Positions 1 to 12,500 of a stretch of 64,000 nt of DNA are shown piece after piece. Position 1 is the first letter of the stretch. Each line of letters begins with the position of its first letter. The notes beneath the pieces were generated by a model. That model saw only the letters and a list, made by a program, of their open reading frames with translations, searched no databases and was not told where the DNA came from. Origin of the DNA: Cystobasidiomycetes sp. EMM_F5 (taxonomy: Eukaryota); NCBI GenBank assembly GCA_051047955.1, contig JBPGPT010000005.1, positions 372,001 to 436,000 of the forward strand, read 5' to 3'. The position numbers were made by a program, and so were the translations under genes.

Positions 1-1593
1 GCCCTACATTCGGCGGAGTTGAAGGCCGCATTACGCCAGCTGCTGCTGTATCCTGCTGTTCCTGCTGCGTCGGTGGGTGAGATCGAGCTTTCTCAGGATG
101 GTCACGATGAAACTGTTCGAGAGCTTGCGGGTCCAACGGAGTGACGAGATAGTCTCGCTGAGTGACAGCGGGAGCATTCACGGTAAGAGGGGCAGTCGGT
201 ACAAACATATGACCCGTCTGGACAGCTGGACCCGACACGATGCTCATTTTCGTATTGCCGTACGAAGGTGCTGCATTACGAGCTGTATTTCCCGCCGTCG
301 AAGCCGCAGTGGCTTCAGCTTCACTCGGTAGTCGTAAGCCTGTAGAGACTGGAGACGGAGTGAATTGCTTTGCGCCAGTCTTTGATGTAGATTTCGCTTC
401 TCCGGTAGTTGTGCTGGATGTCGCAGCAGCCGTTGTCGAGAGGCGATCCTCTCCGGCAGATTTGGTGACGGAGGGCTGTCTGGTCTTTTTGGTTCGCTGT
501 CTCATACCCTGACCTGGTCCGTACGGAATATCCGGAACTTGAGCTACGGCAGGCGGTCTCAGAGCTGCTCGAAACGTGACTCCTGGTGCTTGCAGTGGAT
601 TCTCTGGTGCCTTCATCGATATGGGTACAGGCGACATACTCCTCGCTGGCGGAAGCTGTGCATTATCTCCTGTCAATGCGGTTGTTGGATTGTTGAGCGT
701 CACGCCGGGCGGAAGGGGAGGAGCGGGCACCAAAGACTGAACAGGTCCATCTCCCACGACTTTATCACGTGGTGCTGTCGGTAATGATTTTTCGAGAATG
801 TTGACCTCGGAGGGGAGTGCGAACGCTGGTACGCCATACTCTTTCGAATGCTGGACTGTTTGAGGTTGCTTGGCAGTCCGTGTGGGAGACATGGGTGGAT
901 TGAAAGAGGGTGTCGCAATAAAAGACGACTGCGTTGTGTTTATACCTTCTGCCACTGTCGATGTCTGCGTCTGCGTCTGCAGTTGAGACCCCCGCCGTTC
1001 CCTTCTCGCCTGCTTTGTCGGGGTAGCAGTAGGCGATGTAGCAGCTGTAGATGGGACTGTAGACATGAAGGCGTCAGTAGCGTATTTCTTTCTCTAATCG
1101 ACTCGACTCGACGACGACGGACTGGCTGAATTGCTCGATGACGACGATGGCTGCAGAGGGGACGACAGGACTGAAGCTATCGACGGAATCGAGGCGGATG
1201 ACACTGCGACTGGATCAGCTGCTCCTGCGACGTCGTTCGATGACTGTGCTTGACTCTGGCTTGTGCTGCGACTGCGGTGATTTGACGATGGTGTCGCTGG
1301 TAGGGTGCTGGGAGTCCTGAAGGATAGCATGTTTGGGGGAGCTGTGAATGAGGCTGGGTGGGAGTGATAGTACGACACCGACAGAGTGTATTATATTTCA
1401 ATGTCAGCTCCATATATCGCCATTTTGGATGCAAGTCTCACTCACCCAGACGGGAGCGCTTCAAGGAAGCAATGACGAGCCCGCAATGTCGAGCGCAGGA
1501 GTGGAGTACTGTCAGCGTGTGCTTGCTACAAATGTAACTGCAATGTAAACATGACCGCATACTCACCTCCTTCTTAAGCGTTGGCTGGTACAT
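1..1593 (-). CDS. Ser/Thr/Pro-rich, probably disordered protein; N-terminal part only, runs off the window start
   Basis: Manual splice: ATG 1593 MYQPTLKKE | GTGAGT intron | 13-nt exon 1446-1458 | GTGAGT intron | ASFTAPPNMLSFRTPS... | intron | then a stop-free frame (PSTAATSPT...STPPNVG) to base 1. No recognisable domain. Confidence 0.6.
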
Positions 1594-1854
1594 TTAGCCA
1601 AGAATATGGCAGTGACCGTGACGATGGCTGAGCGAGTGCTGCGTGCAAGGCGGGCAGCGTCGTCGCAGGATTGTAGTATTGCTGCTGATTAGCTGGGTGT
1701 CGATTATCCTACTGGAGCATGGTTGACTGGTGGGAGCAGAGTGAGGCATGAATTCCACTTGTATTTTATATTGCAGCTCTTTCTTTGAATACAATCAATT
1801 AAATACTCTGCATTCATACATTCATACACTGCTACACTACATCCACCCTGACGC

Positions 1855-2830
1855 ATGGCCAACCCTCGACAGCGCAGAAAGGCTCGGAGCGGAGTGAGCA
1901 GGGTAAGGCAGTCGTCGAGGCAGCAGGACAAGCTCAAGAAGATTGTGGTGCGAGGTGATTTGGAAAGACAGGCTATGCAGTCAAATTGGGTGTACGCTCA
2001 CTCACTCCACGCAGGCCCATCCTCCCTCGTCAGGCAGTGGGACGTCACAAAGACGGCAAGGCAGAATTATGAAAACTTGGGTTTGGCATTGAAGAGGCCC
2101 CTAGCGTTGAGGCAGAGTGGAGGTGTAGTGGGAGAGGCAGAGCGGAGGAGTGACTTGGAGAGTGAGCAGGTAGAGGGTGAGGAAAGTGAGGAGAGTGAGG
2201 AGAGCGAGGAGAGCGACAGCGAGGACGACACCACTCACCCAAAGCAAACGCCCACCGAGCAAGACGACACTCCCACACTCGTGTCCAAGGATATACCCGC
2301 TGGATTTGCTCGCATCGAGAGGGATGCGGATGGGAATGTGCTGCGAATCGTCATGAGCGCTCATGATCAACCTCAGTCTCAGTCGCAGACAAATGCTCCA
2401 GGGAAAGCTACATCCACAAATTCGGATGTATGGGGAGGGATACAGGATAATGACACTTCTCCAGACACGCCATGGGGGAAACCATTCGATTCTAAGCGAG
2501 GGACGTCAGAGGCAGTACAGCCTGTCATTGCAAAGAATCGAGCAATACAAGGTATGTCATTTGAAGTGTTGCATTGTTGGTGTGCTCGCTCATACTACAT
2601 CCACACCCGTAGACCTAGAAGCGCAATCACTCAATCAATCAAAATCAACATCGCAAAGGTGGACAGCTCCAGGAGAAATAGAGTTTCTGAAGCGTCTCGT
2701 CCGCAAACACGGTAGTGACATTGATGCAATGGCGAGAGATACAAGAGTGAATACAAGTCAACGGACAGCGGGTCAGCTGAGAAGAGCATTCAAGGAGAAT
2801 CCTTCGCTTTTGGCCGCTCTGCCAGCTTGA
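1855..2830 (+). CDS. NOP16: Ribosome biogenesis protein Nop16 (2 introns)
   Basis: N-terminus MANPRQRRKAR, W..TKTARQNYENLGL, C-terminal FLKRLVRKHGSDIDAMARDTRVNTSQRTAGQLRR, all typical of Nop16. Confidence 0.85.
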
Positions 2831-3082
2831 GAAGACGAGCGACGCGGTGAGCCTAGTGATGCAAGTCTGGCTTCTGCGGCGATCCTAGATCGGGTGTGCT
2901 GTGTTGGAATCCGTTAGAAGTTTTGATGTTGTTGTTTCTATCTTCTTCCGACACCGAGAACTGTAGAAACTATCTCCTGAAATGGTTAATCCTTTCTCTG
3001 ATCTCCCTTCGGTCCTTCATGCTTTGCTGGCATTGTCAAATCATCTGCAGCTGACATTGCTCGTAATGGCTACACTTTTTTT

Positions 3083-4425
3083 TTACTCATCCCACGTTAG
3101 ATTCACATCCACATCCACGTCAATCCGAAATGGACAATGGTCACTCCTATATCTCCACTTTGGGTCTTCCAGATACTCCATCTTCCTTATTCGCTTTCCG
3201 TGTATGAGCGATTTTGAGACAAGTGCATAGTCTACCCTGGCAGCGTCTGATCGATCTGGTTTGTTACGAGCAAACCACTGCCATTCCCGCATTGCGTTAG
3301 CCGTCATTCACCCTGGAAATGTAGTATTGCACTGACGCTGTAAGACCTCTTATCGCCATGTAGTTCCCTGAATGCATCCATGACGCGTAAACTGGGCATA
3401 AATTCCTCGTTGAACAGCTTGCGAGCATAAGCGTGCGGTTCTTCTGTTCTCAATCGAGGAAAGCAATCCCTCGCTTCCCTTGAAACGTTCCAATCTCCAA
3501 CCATGACGACGTCCAAGCTCTTCTTTTCATCATCTCCACCCTCAACATCCGGTTTGCGTGTCGTTGGATTAGGGTACTGCGCCTGCATCCGCTTGACCTC
3601 CTCGGCCAGCAAGCGATTGAAATTTCTCTTACGCTCACTACGCGTCCCCTCTTCCCTTCCAGTGATCGGATCCCTCCATGGATATTCACTCCCATTCAGC
3701 GCGTAAACTGAAATGACAGCGAGGCGTAAGCTAGGGAAATGGACAATGACGATACGTCCTTCTGCGTCCCAGTCTACTTCTCGAGCAGTATACTGGGTGC
3801 AGCCAGAGATACGAGACGAGATGTATACAGCTACGCCGAATCGACCTGATCCCGTCTTGGCTTGACAGAGTGAGAGATGGGCAGTATATGATGGTCCGCC
3901 ATCTCCTGCGACCGACTCCGTCTTGACGTGAGCAGACGGTATCGATGTATCCGAGTCTGATGCTGAGCTTGATGAAGTGTCTCCCGAATCTTCGAGATTA
4001 GCCTTCTTCCCTTGTCGGACAACACTTGCAGGCTCCGCGTTTCCAGCCGACTTCAATGCCCGTATCCCAGCTTTATCTTTTGCGAGTGTACGGACTTCTT
4101 GTAGGCAGAATAGATCAGGCCAGTCATGTTCTTTCAGGATTCCGCGAAGGCTTGGTGCTAGGACATTTTCTTGCTTCTTTGGCTTTTGTCTCGACGTGGA
4201 TTTGGATGATGTCGAAGGAGAAGGCGAGAAGTAGTGTGATATACTGCGATTGGACGTACTTACTTCCGTGGAGCGAGCCGCATGGAGATAGGGAGCGGGG
4301 TTTTCGATGTTCCACGACACAATACGTAACGTTTCGATTTGGGAGGGTGCGCTGGTTCGAGCTCGCTTCTGTGGACGCTCATCTGGAGAAGTAGCAGGAT
4401 TATCGGAGGGGCGCTTACTGCTCAT
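3083..4425 (-). CDS. Exonuclease III / AP endonuclease (EEP, DNase I-like) family protein
   Basis: Motifs LRIVSWNI, DLFCLQEV, DAEGRIV, VYALNG, VGDWNV, RVDYALVS, SDHCP; one intron near 3283-3336; first ATG in frame at 4425. Confidence 0.85.
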
Positions 4426-4700
4426 ACTGTAGCAAGCTCGTGAATGAGGTGTGATGCTTGATGACGCTGTGCTCGGCGTGGCGGTCCTGGCAGACCCGAC
4501 ATACGCAACCTGGTGAAGACTCTGGAGGAACTGTTGGCGTATGATTGGAAAACGCAAAATAATCTCATATCACGCAGACGCGCTTTGCAGACATGATTGA
4601 CATGGCATTGGTACAACGCAACAAGCAAATGCCCCCCTAAACGCCGTGAGCATAACACGCTCACTGACAGCGACAAACCGGAATATCCTCCCGGTCCCTA

Positions 4701-6812
4701 CTACAGCTTGGCACCCAACCCTTTGGCGAGCTGAAAGGCCCAATCGAGTCAGATTCTGCAGCACATGCGGAGACGATTCAGCATTCACCTTGATCTCTTG
4801 TCGTACACCCAAATCGAGCATGATCTGATGCAATGCATGATAACGTCAGTCTTGTGTCTTGTCTCGCTTGTATGATCTCACCTCCTCTGCAACAAATAAT
4901 CAGTACGATGTGACATACAGTACGGCCCAATTTTACCCACCGCTTCCACCCGGAATGGCAATAGCTTTTATTTCTCTGTATGCTCTTTCTATCCTGTCGC
5001 CCTGTCCGCCTCGAGTATAGCCAATTCCGCCGAGTACTTGAACGGCTTCGCGACAGACTTGCTCCATCACCTGCAAGCAATCCAGACATGAGCGACCAGC
5101 CAGCAGACCATCCCTGATGACAGGAACGACATCACTCACTATACCGCAGTTGGCTTTGGCTAGGGCTGTTATGCCGCCAAGTAAGCGATCGCCTTCGGAT
5201 TTCGACAGATTCGATAATTGATACACTATTGCTTCGATCCAGGCTTGTTGCGCTTCGACAATTCTCGACATTTGACCTGTTTCGGGTGTCAGCGACTTTC
5301 CATGAAGAGCCGATGGCATTTATTATACCGAATTTATTGCGAATAACGCCTTGATCGATGAGCTTGCCGTCAAACACCTCTCGCTTGTGCGCGTAAGCCA
5401 TCGCGTCGGAAAGCACACTTCGAGCGATAGAATTTGCACCAATACAGATGTACAGACGCTCATGATTGAAATTTGTCATGATAATTTTGAAGCCTTCGCC
5501 TTCTTTGCCGATCAGGTTCTCGACAGGGACATGGACGTCTTCGAACGTGAGGTATGTTGTTCCAGCTGCCCACTGTCCTCCCATTTTCCTGGTTTCAGCA
5601 TGAGCACCTTCAGAAATGGGTTGTAGAATCTAAGAGTAATATCCGACGAACATCTTGCGAGTCTCCACGCCCTCTGTACGCGGAATAAGCAGTATACTTA
5701 CGCCCTCACGCTCGCCAGGCTTGCCGGACGTCCGCACAGCCGTGGCTAGAGTTCGCGCATCAGCCTGGAGACATGTCATCAACCCGGTAAGTCGAGGTAA
5801 CCGACTGAAATAATCCGACCAAATTCCGTTTGTAATCCACTTCTTCGCGCCCGTCACAATGTAGAATCTACCATCTGCCGTCTTCTTTGCAGTGGTTTCG
5901 AGTCTTTTCACGTCTGATCCGGCCGATGGCTCAGTGATAGCCAGACAAATACGCTTCTTGCCGCTATCGAATGTCATCAATCAGCATGTGTATACCGTGG
6001 CTGCTGCTGCCTTCATTGCCAGTGACGCCACGCCATTGTCTGAATGCGAGTACCTGGGTACCGAAATCTTTGCGCTCACCTCAAGATGTCTGGCAGAACA
6101 CGATCTTTGAGTTCCCGTGTGCCATACTGAATCACGGGCTGGAATTTATAATGTTAGAATTGTATATTGTATGGCGACTTCTATTTGTTAGAATACCACA
6201 TACAGGGATACCGATGACGAGCCCCCCGACGAGCCCCATGACCTGCAATATGAAGCACGATTAAGCAGTGTTTGTGACGCTGCGGCAGTAATCTGATATT
6301 TACTGCTCCGAAATCCGGTTTGTGAAGCTCCTCTATCAGGACGAAATCGTGAAATCCATTCCATTGCTCGGCTTTTATACCGCCAGGAAGCTTGATATCA
6401 CGCCAGTAGGGTTCATTAACTGGAATATGAGCTCCACCAGACAGAGCGGCTGCAACAGACATATCAGATACTTTCGTTAGCCGGAAACTCGTTTGCGAAG
6501 GGGTCGTAGGCGAGGGCACCGATAATTCCCATCTTTGCTGCTTCCTGATAGATCTCCGGCGGTATCTGACCTGCTTCAGACCATTCATACATGTTTCCGA
6601 CAAAGTCCCGCTCGGTCGTCCAGTCGCGTATCGCTGCCCGGAGTCTCGCGTGACTCTGGAGGAAAACCAGCAAGGTAGGTCAGATGTAATAACGACCGGA
6701 CCCTGCGACATACCTCATCGTAGTATGGCGAAGGCAGTCCCCTTGCCCAAGAGCTCTCTCCGAACGGAATCAGGGATCCATACGGCTTGGCGGCTGTTCC
6801 AGCTGGAGCCAT
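4701..6812 (-). CDS. Acyl-CoA dehydrogenase, peroxisomal (ends -AKL), multi-exon
   Basis: CLAITEPSAGSDV, GAKKWITNG, NFNHER, EAVQVLGGIGY, IPGGS|EE|IMLDLGVRQ; last exon 4701-4730 encodes LAKGLGAKL*. Confidence 0.9.
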
Positions 6813-7424
6813 TGAGTGTGCAGGGGAGAAGCGATGTGTAGCTATAGTATGTGTAAGATGGGAGAGTCGTCAGTCGTGTGTGAGTGGACTGCCAACACGA
6901 TGCGGACAAGTGCATACCCGGATGCCGAATTCAAGCAGAGACATGACGGACCGAGAAGATGGCAAACGAGCAAAAAGAGCACACTGAATGACACGTAGTT
7001 ACTTGAATGTGCATGTAGATCTGTATACAAGCTAAAGTGTTCAAATGTGGTGACACAGATTACTTCTCTATACAAACTGCCGTTGACCGTCCAGGAAGAC
7101 GGAACAGCCTGGATGGACTTTGCCAAATACACAGCGTTGGGTCAGAAAGCTGTGCATTCGTCGGATGGCCCGTACAATCTGCAGTGCTGCATGCTGAGTT
7201 ACGCACAGTCGGGTGCTCGGCTTTACGCCTAGTCTCGATCTCGCTCGTGCTTCACATATTCACTCCCCGAGTCTTTGCATTTCGTTCTCCTCACCTTCAA
7301 ATCACTGTGTAATTTCCTGCTCTACCTGCTGCTTCGACGTTCAGTCCGCGTCATACAACAGCAATTCTACGGTCGCTCTGCTTTCTGGCCTCGGGAGTGG
7401 TCCCGCTCTTACAAATCTGTGGAC

Positions 7425-9376
7425 ATGGCACTCGCAACAGACGGCGGCATAGGTCCACCGGCGTTCAGAGGCGGATCTGTCTTCCAATGTCAGCCTGTAA
7501 ACATCTCCTGGACTGTAAGTCTTGCTCGCTTAAAAGTCTGCATCTTCATTGTTACGTCCGGAAAGATCGACAATCACATCATCAAACAAAAGCTGACTAT
7601 CGAACAATGCGCACGCCTATCCATCACCACGTCTGACATACGTAGGGAGGCGATAACCCCGTCCGGGTGGAAGCTTGTAAGTCTTGGTCCGGCATCCATG
7701 ACCAAAAGTGTGATTGTCTTGGCGATAAAGCTGAACCATTGTACTCATTCTCTGTCTGGTTTCTTGGATACGCGACCTTTTGTGTATCGCGACATGCAGT
7801 CTACCAGGCAAATGCTACTTCAGCATGGAGATCCACAGGTTCCCTTCCAGCAGAAGCGGCATCGGGAAATAGCGTACAATGGCTGGCCAATGTTCCAGCT
7901 GGATCTCTAGCCTGGTGCGTAGCAGTCTGAAGTGATGAAACGTAACCTGCTAATTTGCGCACACCTCACCAACAGGATCACGGTCGTATGTAGCCGTGTC
8001 CTAAATCTGCCGCGATCCACATGTCTGACAACCGTACTATCCTAGGTTGATCATTCTGGACGCTATCGCCAATCAAGTACTGGTACCGTCGTACAATCGA
8101 GCGGTAATTCATCATGTCTCGAGCCCATCCAGACAGCTTCGGTAATTACACAGACCGTGTACATGTCGTCCGACACCACCACCCCTGCCTCTTCATCACT
8201 AGACAACAAAGCCCTGCTTATCGTAGCAGTCGTCTTTGGGATCCTCTTCTCCGCAGCTCTGTGTGCAATCATGTACATGTGGAGCAAGCTGCGTCAAGCG
8301 CGAAGGACTCGATCGAGGACCGATAGGTTTGGTATTGCAGGTATGGCGGGAGTTTCGGACGATACGAGCTCGATTTTCGAGGGTGGTCCAGAATATACAC
8401 CTCCATCTGTTCGATCCAGTCATCGGAACAGTCGAGTCGTCACGCCAGTTACCATCGGTTCCGCTGCGGCGGACAGGCAGAGAAAGATCTCGTCAGGCAA
8501 TGCATCGACTGTACGATCGCCTACTTCGCCCGTTGCAATGACGCCGTACCAGGGAGATGACTTTGACGAGAAGCATGAACGAACGCCAGATCGCACAAGT
8601 TCAGAGTATGTGCATCCTCTCACCTTAACCTCGCGAAAGTTTACTGATAGCTCCCATAATAGAAATAATCCGTTCATCGACCCGCCACAGCGTTCACCTA
8701 CAGACACGGGAAGACCATTGTCGCAGCGTTCAGTTACAATGTCGAGTCTCTCGTCCTTCCACCCGACAATGACGCCAGTCAGAAGCTTACAGTTTCCGCC
8801 CAGTCAGTTCGGAGGACAGCGACCAGGATACACAAAGTCTGATACGGGTATCGACTCGTTGTCATCCGCTACGAGCATGCAATTGTTTGGTACGGGAGGG
8901 GGATTGAGAGTAACGAACGATCCTCGATTGATACCTACGCCTGATGTGAGCGACCTCCTGTTCGAAACAATACTTGCACTTGTTTACTTACATTGATCTC
9001 TTTGTAGCTGTCTCGTGTCACCACGCAAGCCAGCGACAGGGTAGTAAACGGCACGGCCTCTTCCACGCCCATGCAGCCTACCCCGAGCTATGACACAAGT
9101 TCAAGCGAATCGCCTAGCCATCGCCAACGTAATGACAGCATCACCAGTGAAGATGCTCAGTTGCTGTCAAACTCTCGGTCCGTCCGCTCGTCCATCTACT
9201 CGCACGACTCGCATGCAACACAGTCGTCGCGCGTCAGTGGGAGCGAGACAATGAGCACCTCGGGCGATCATTATGCTTTGCAGCCTCGTAGGTCCTCGTC
9301 ATTGTCAGCGACGCTCTTCTACGCTGATCACCTCGCCAAATACAGACTCTTCACGAATGCACATGATAGCTCGTAA
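7425..9376 (+). CDS. Single-pass membrane protein: extracellular QC..ISWTGG...W.ANVPAG...SSC domain, TM helix, Ser-rich cytoplasmic tail
   Basis: Spliced exons give FQCQPVNISWT|GGDNPVRVEA|FYQ...WLANVPAGSLA|WITV|VDHSG...SGNSSC; TM ALLIVAVVFGILFSAALCAIMYMW followed by basic residues. True N-terminus uncertain. Confidence 0.65.
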
Positions 9377-9585
9377 AGATGGACAATGATAGATTTGTAG
9401 ATGACGACGATTAGCAAGCGGCTTGACGATTTCCACGATACATACAGACGTGTTCTTGTAGCTATATTCTAAAACATCTAATGAAGTCTGCCGTGGAGAT
9501 AATCTGTAGTCAAAATGGATCCCTCAAACGCGTACATTAGTTTGTCCCGACCAGAACCTCGTCGAGCTGGGCGAGTCAGACGACC

Positions 9586-12500
9586 ATGTCGGGCGCTGGC
9601 AGCATGTATGAGGTCTCGCTGCGTACGCTGGTGCTGGGGGAGATTACGCAGGTGACTTCGCTTATGCGCAAGAATGCGCGATGGGCTGGCCAGCAGCAGC
9701 GACACCATGGCAGCAACGGCGGCAGCAATTCCAGTCGAGCTGGCACGCCAAATCCCAATGCCGCTGGACCTTCCACTTCGTCATCCATGGCTGCATCGTC
9801 TTCATCGTCTTCGTCGTCCTTGGCGTCGTCCTCGACTTCTACCGTGCGAGCATCCACGGTCAATTCAAGCTTGATTAGCAATTCAAGTGCAGCGACCCTA
9901 GTACCGCCGGAGAGTGGAAGTATTGGCAGTAATGGAGAAGCCTTCAGCCATCTGGGCTTGCGCGCGCAAAAGAGCAGAGAGCGAATCAATAAAGCCAGCT
10001 CCTCCAACAACGTGGCACACAATACGCAACCTCCGTCTGGCAAGGACGCTCTCGGTAGTGCCGGACTCAGGTCTACATCAATGAATAGTCAGCTGCCCGT
10101 TCCTGGAGATCTGCTGTCCGGATTCGCTATTCTGCGCGACGAGCTGAAAACAATAGAAGGTACGTTGGCCAGACACGATCGCCTACATCTGTCTCAGCGT
10201 CTCCTAATATGCATTGTCTTGATATGTAAGATCCCCGACAGCTAGACGCAATTATCCTTCTTTCCCCCTTCCTGGACGTTGTCCGGTCTGGCGATACCTC
10301 CGGTCCAATAACAGCCATTGCACTATCTTCAGTCGACAAATTTATCACATACGGTCTTGTGCATCGCGACTCGCCGAACCTTGCAGCTGCAATGACGGCA
10401 GTGGCAGGTGCCGGCACTCACTGCAAATTCGAAGCGTCAGATTCGGTGTCGGACGAAGTTGTGCTCCTCAAAATCCTCAATCTTCTCAAAAATACTCTGA
10501 CTAGCGATCTTGGTAATGTCCTGTCGGACGAAGCAGTCTGCGAAATGATGGAGACCGGGTTGAGCATGTGCTGTCAAATGCGGCTGAGCGGTAAGCGCTT
10601 ACCGTTGTGGTGCGAGCGCGTCGATACTGTAATCCCTGACAAGTATGTACCGCAGAAATGTTGAGACGGTCGTCTGAACGAAACATGCAAGCAATGCTCA
10701 TTTCAGTGTTCCGTCGGATACACAGCATACCTTCCCCACCTTCATCGAGTGAGAACTCTGCCTTGACAGCCTTTGCAGAAAGTCAGAGCGGTGCCTCAAC
10801 GCCTAGTATTACTGGAGCCGAAGACCAAAGTATACGAATGACGGCACCGGACCCGACTTCTGCCGATATCCCAGCAGCCTCTACGCCAGCCTACGAGCAT
10901 CCGATCACACCGAGTCGGAGGACGAGCTCTTACGGGCTCCCTCAACCGCCAAAAGAGATTGTGTCTGTGCCGACATCTCCTCCATTAGGCACAATCGACG
11001 AAGGTAAGCTGAAGAGGAAGCTATATAGTCATTGACTTACGCTGGCACACTTCCCCCCAGACATGGCACTACCTGAAGTAAAGCCTTATGGTCTAGCCTC
11101 AATCAGAGAAATTCTTCGCGTCCTCATTTCCTTGCTCAATCCTCACGATCAAACGCACACAGATTCAATGCGTCTGGTAGCGCTCGGGCTACTTAACATT
11201 GCCTTCGAGGTCGGAGGCGCAAGCATAAGCCGATTCCCATCGCTGCGAACAATGATTGCGGATGAGCTGTGCAAGTATCTCTTCCAACTTGCCAGGTCGG
11301 AAAGCGTTCTTCTGCTTGCCAATTCTCTCCGCGTGATATCGAATGTTTTTGATACAATGCGAGAGCACCTCAAGTTGCAGCAGGAACTCTTCTTGTCCTT
11401 CTTGATGGATCGCTTGATCAAACCTTCAGGAAATATGGGCACTGCCGCTCGCAAGGGCGAAATGGAATCCGAACTAGATGCTTCCACTTGGAATTCTGAC
11501 GAGACTTCACCAATGATCGTCAAGGGCGTACACTCTCCACTAATGACTAGCACGAACAGACGTGGCTCAGGATCACTTGCAGGGAATGCGTATGGAAGCA
11601 GGCAAGCCCACTCGGTAATGGTTCAGCAGAGCGAAAGTCGGGATCTTATGCTAGAGTATCTGGCACAATTCGCCACGGCAGACGACTTTATGACGAATCT
11701 GTGGACAAATTATGATTGCAATGTGGATTGTGAAGACCTATTTGAACGCATCATCAAGTTTTTCAGCAGAGTGAGCATTGCACGCATTGTTTGGCGGACG
11801 TTACGGTACTAATGATGCCTTTGAAGGGTGTCTATCCGTCCGGTTCTACATCCCCAAATTTGCAAGACCATTCGCAATTGGTCTGCCTAGACACCCTCCT
11901 TACTTTCGTTAATTCGATGACGACGCGTTTGAACGAGGCTGGACAGAGTATACCCCTTCCACAAGAAATCGATCCGGCTGCCTTAGCAGCTGCAAAAGCT
12001 AGCAAGCGGAATTTACTGGAAGGCGCCCTGCGTTTCAATGAGAAGCCGAAGGACGGAATCTCGTTCCTGGAGGCGAAAGGTCTCATTTACACTGAGGAGA
12101 ACGCCGATTTACCTAGGCACGAAGTACTGGCTAGATTCTTGAAGAATTGCCCACGCTTAGACAAGAAACTGCTTGGCGATTACATCTCGCGGCCCGACAA
12201 TATCGCTGTTCTCAAATCGTTTATCGGTCTTTTCGACTTTCGGGACAAGGTCATGTCGGATGCAATGCGAGAGCTTCTCGAGGCATTCCGATTGCCTGGT
12301 GAAGCCCAGCAAATCGACCGCATCACCGAGACGTTTGCGCATGCGTATGTTGAAGTCAATAAGAACGAGGTCAGGACATCAGATGCAGCATACGTACTGG
12401 CATTCTCCATCATTATGCTCAATACGGATCTTCATAGTCCGGTCATTCGTAAACGCATGACACTGGAAGATTATAGCAGAAACTTGAAAGGCGTCAACGA

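Noticed and set aside
2161..2230. GAGGAGAGT-like short repeats
   Set aside because: Coding repeat for the EES acidic tract of Nop16.
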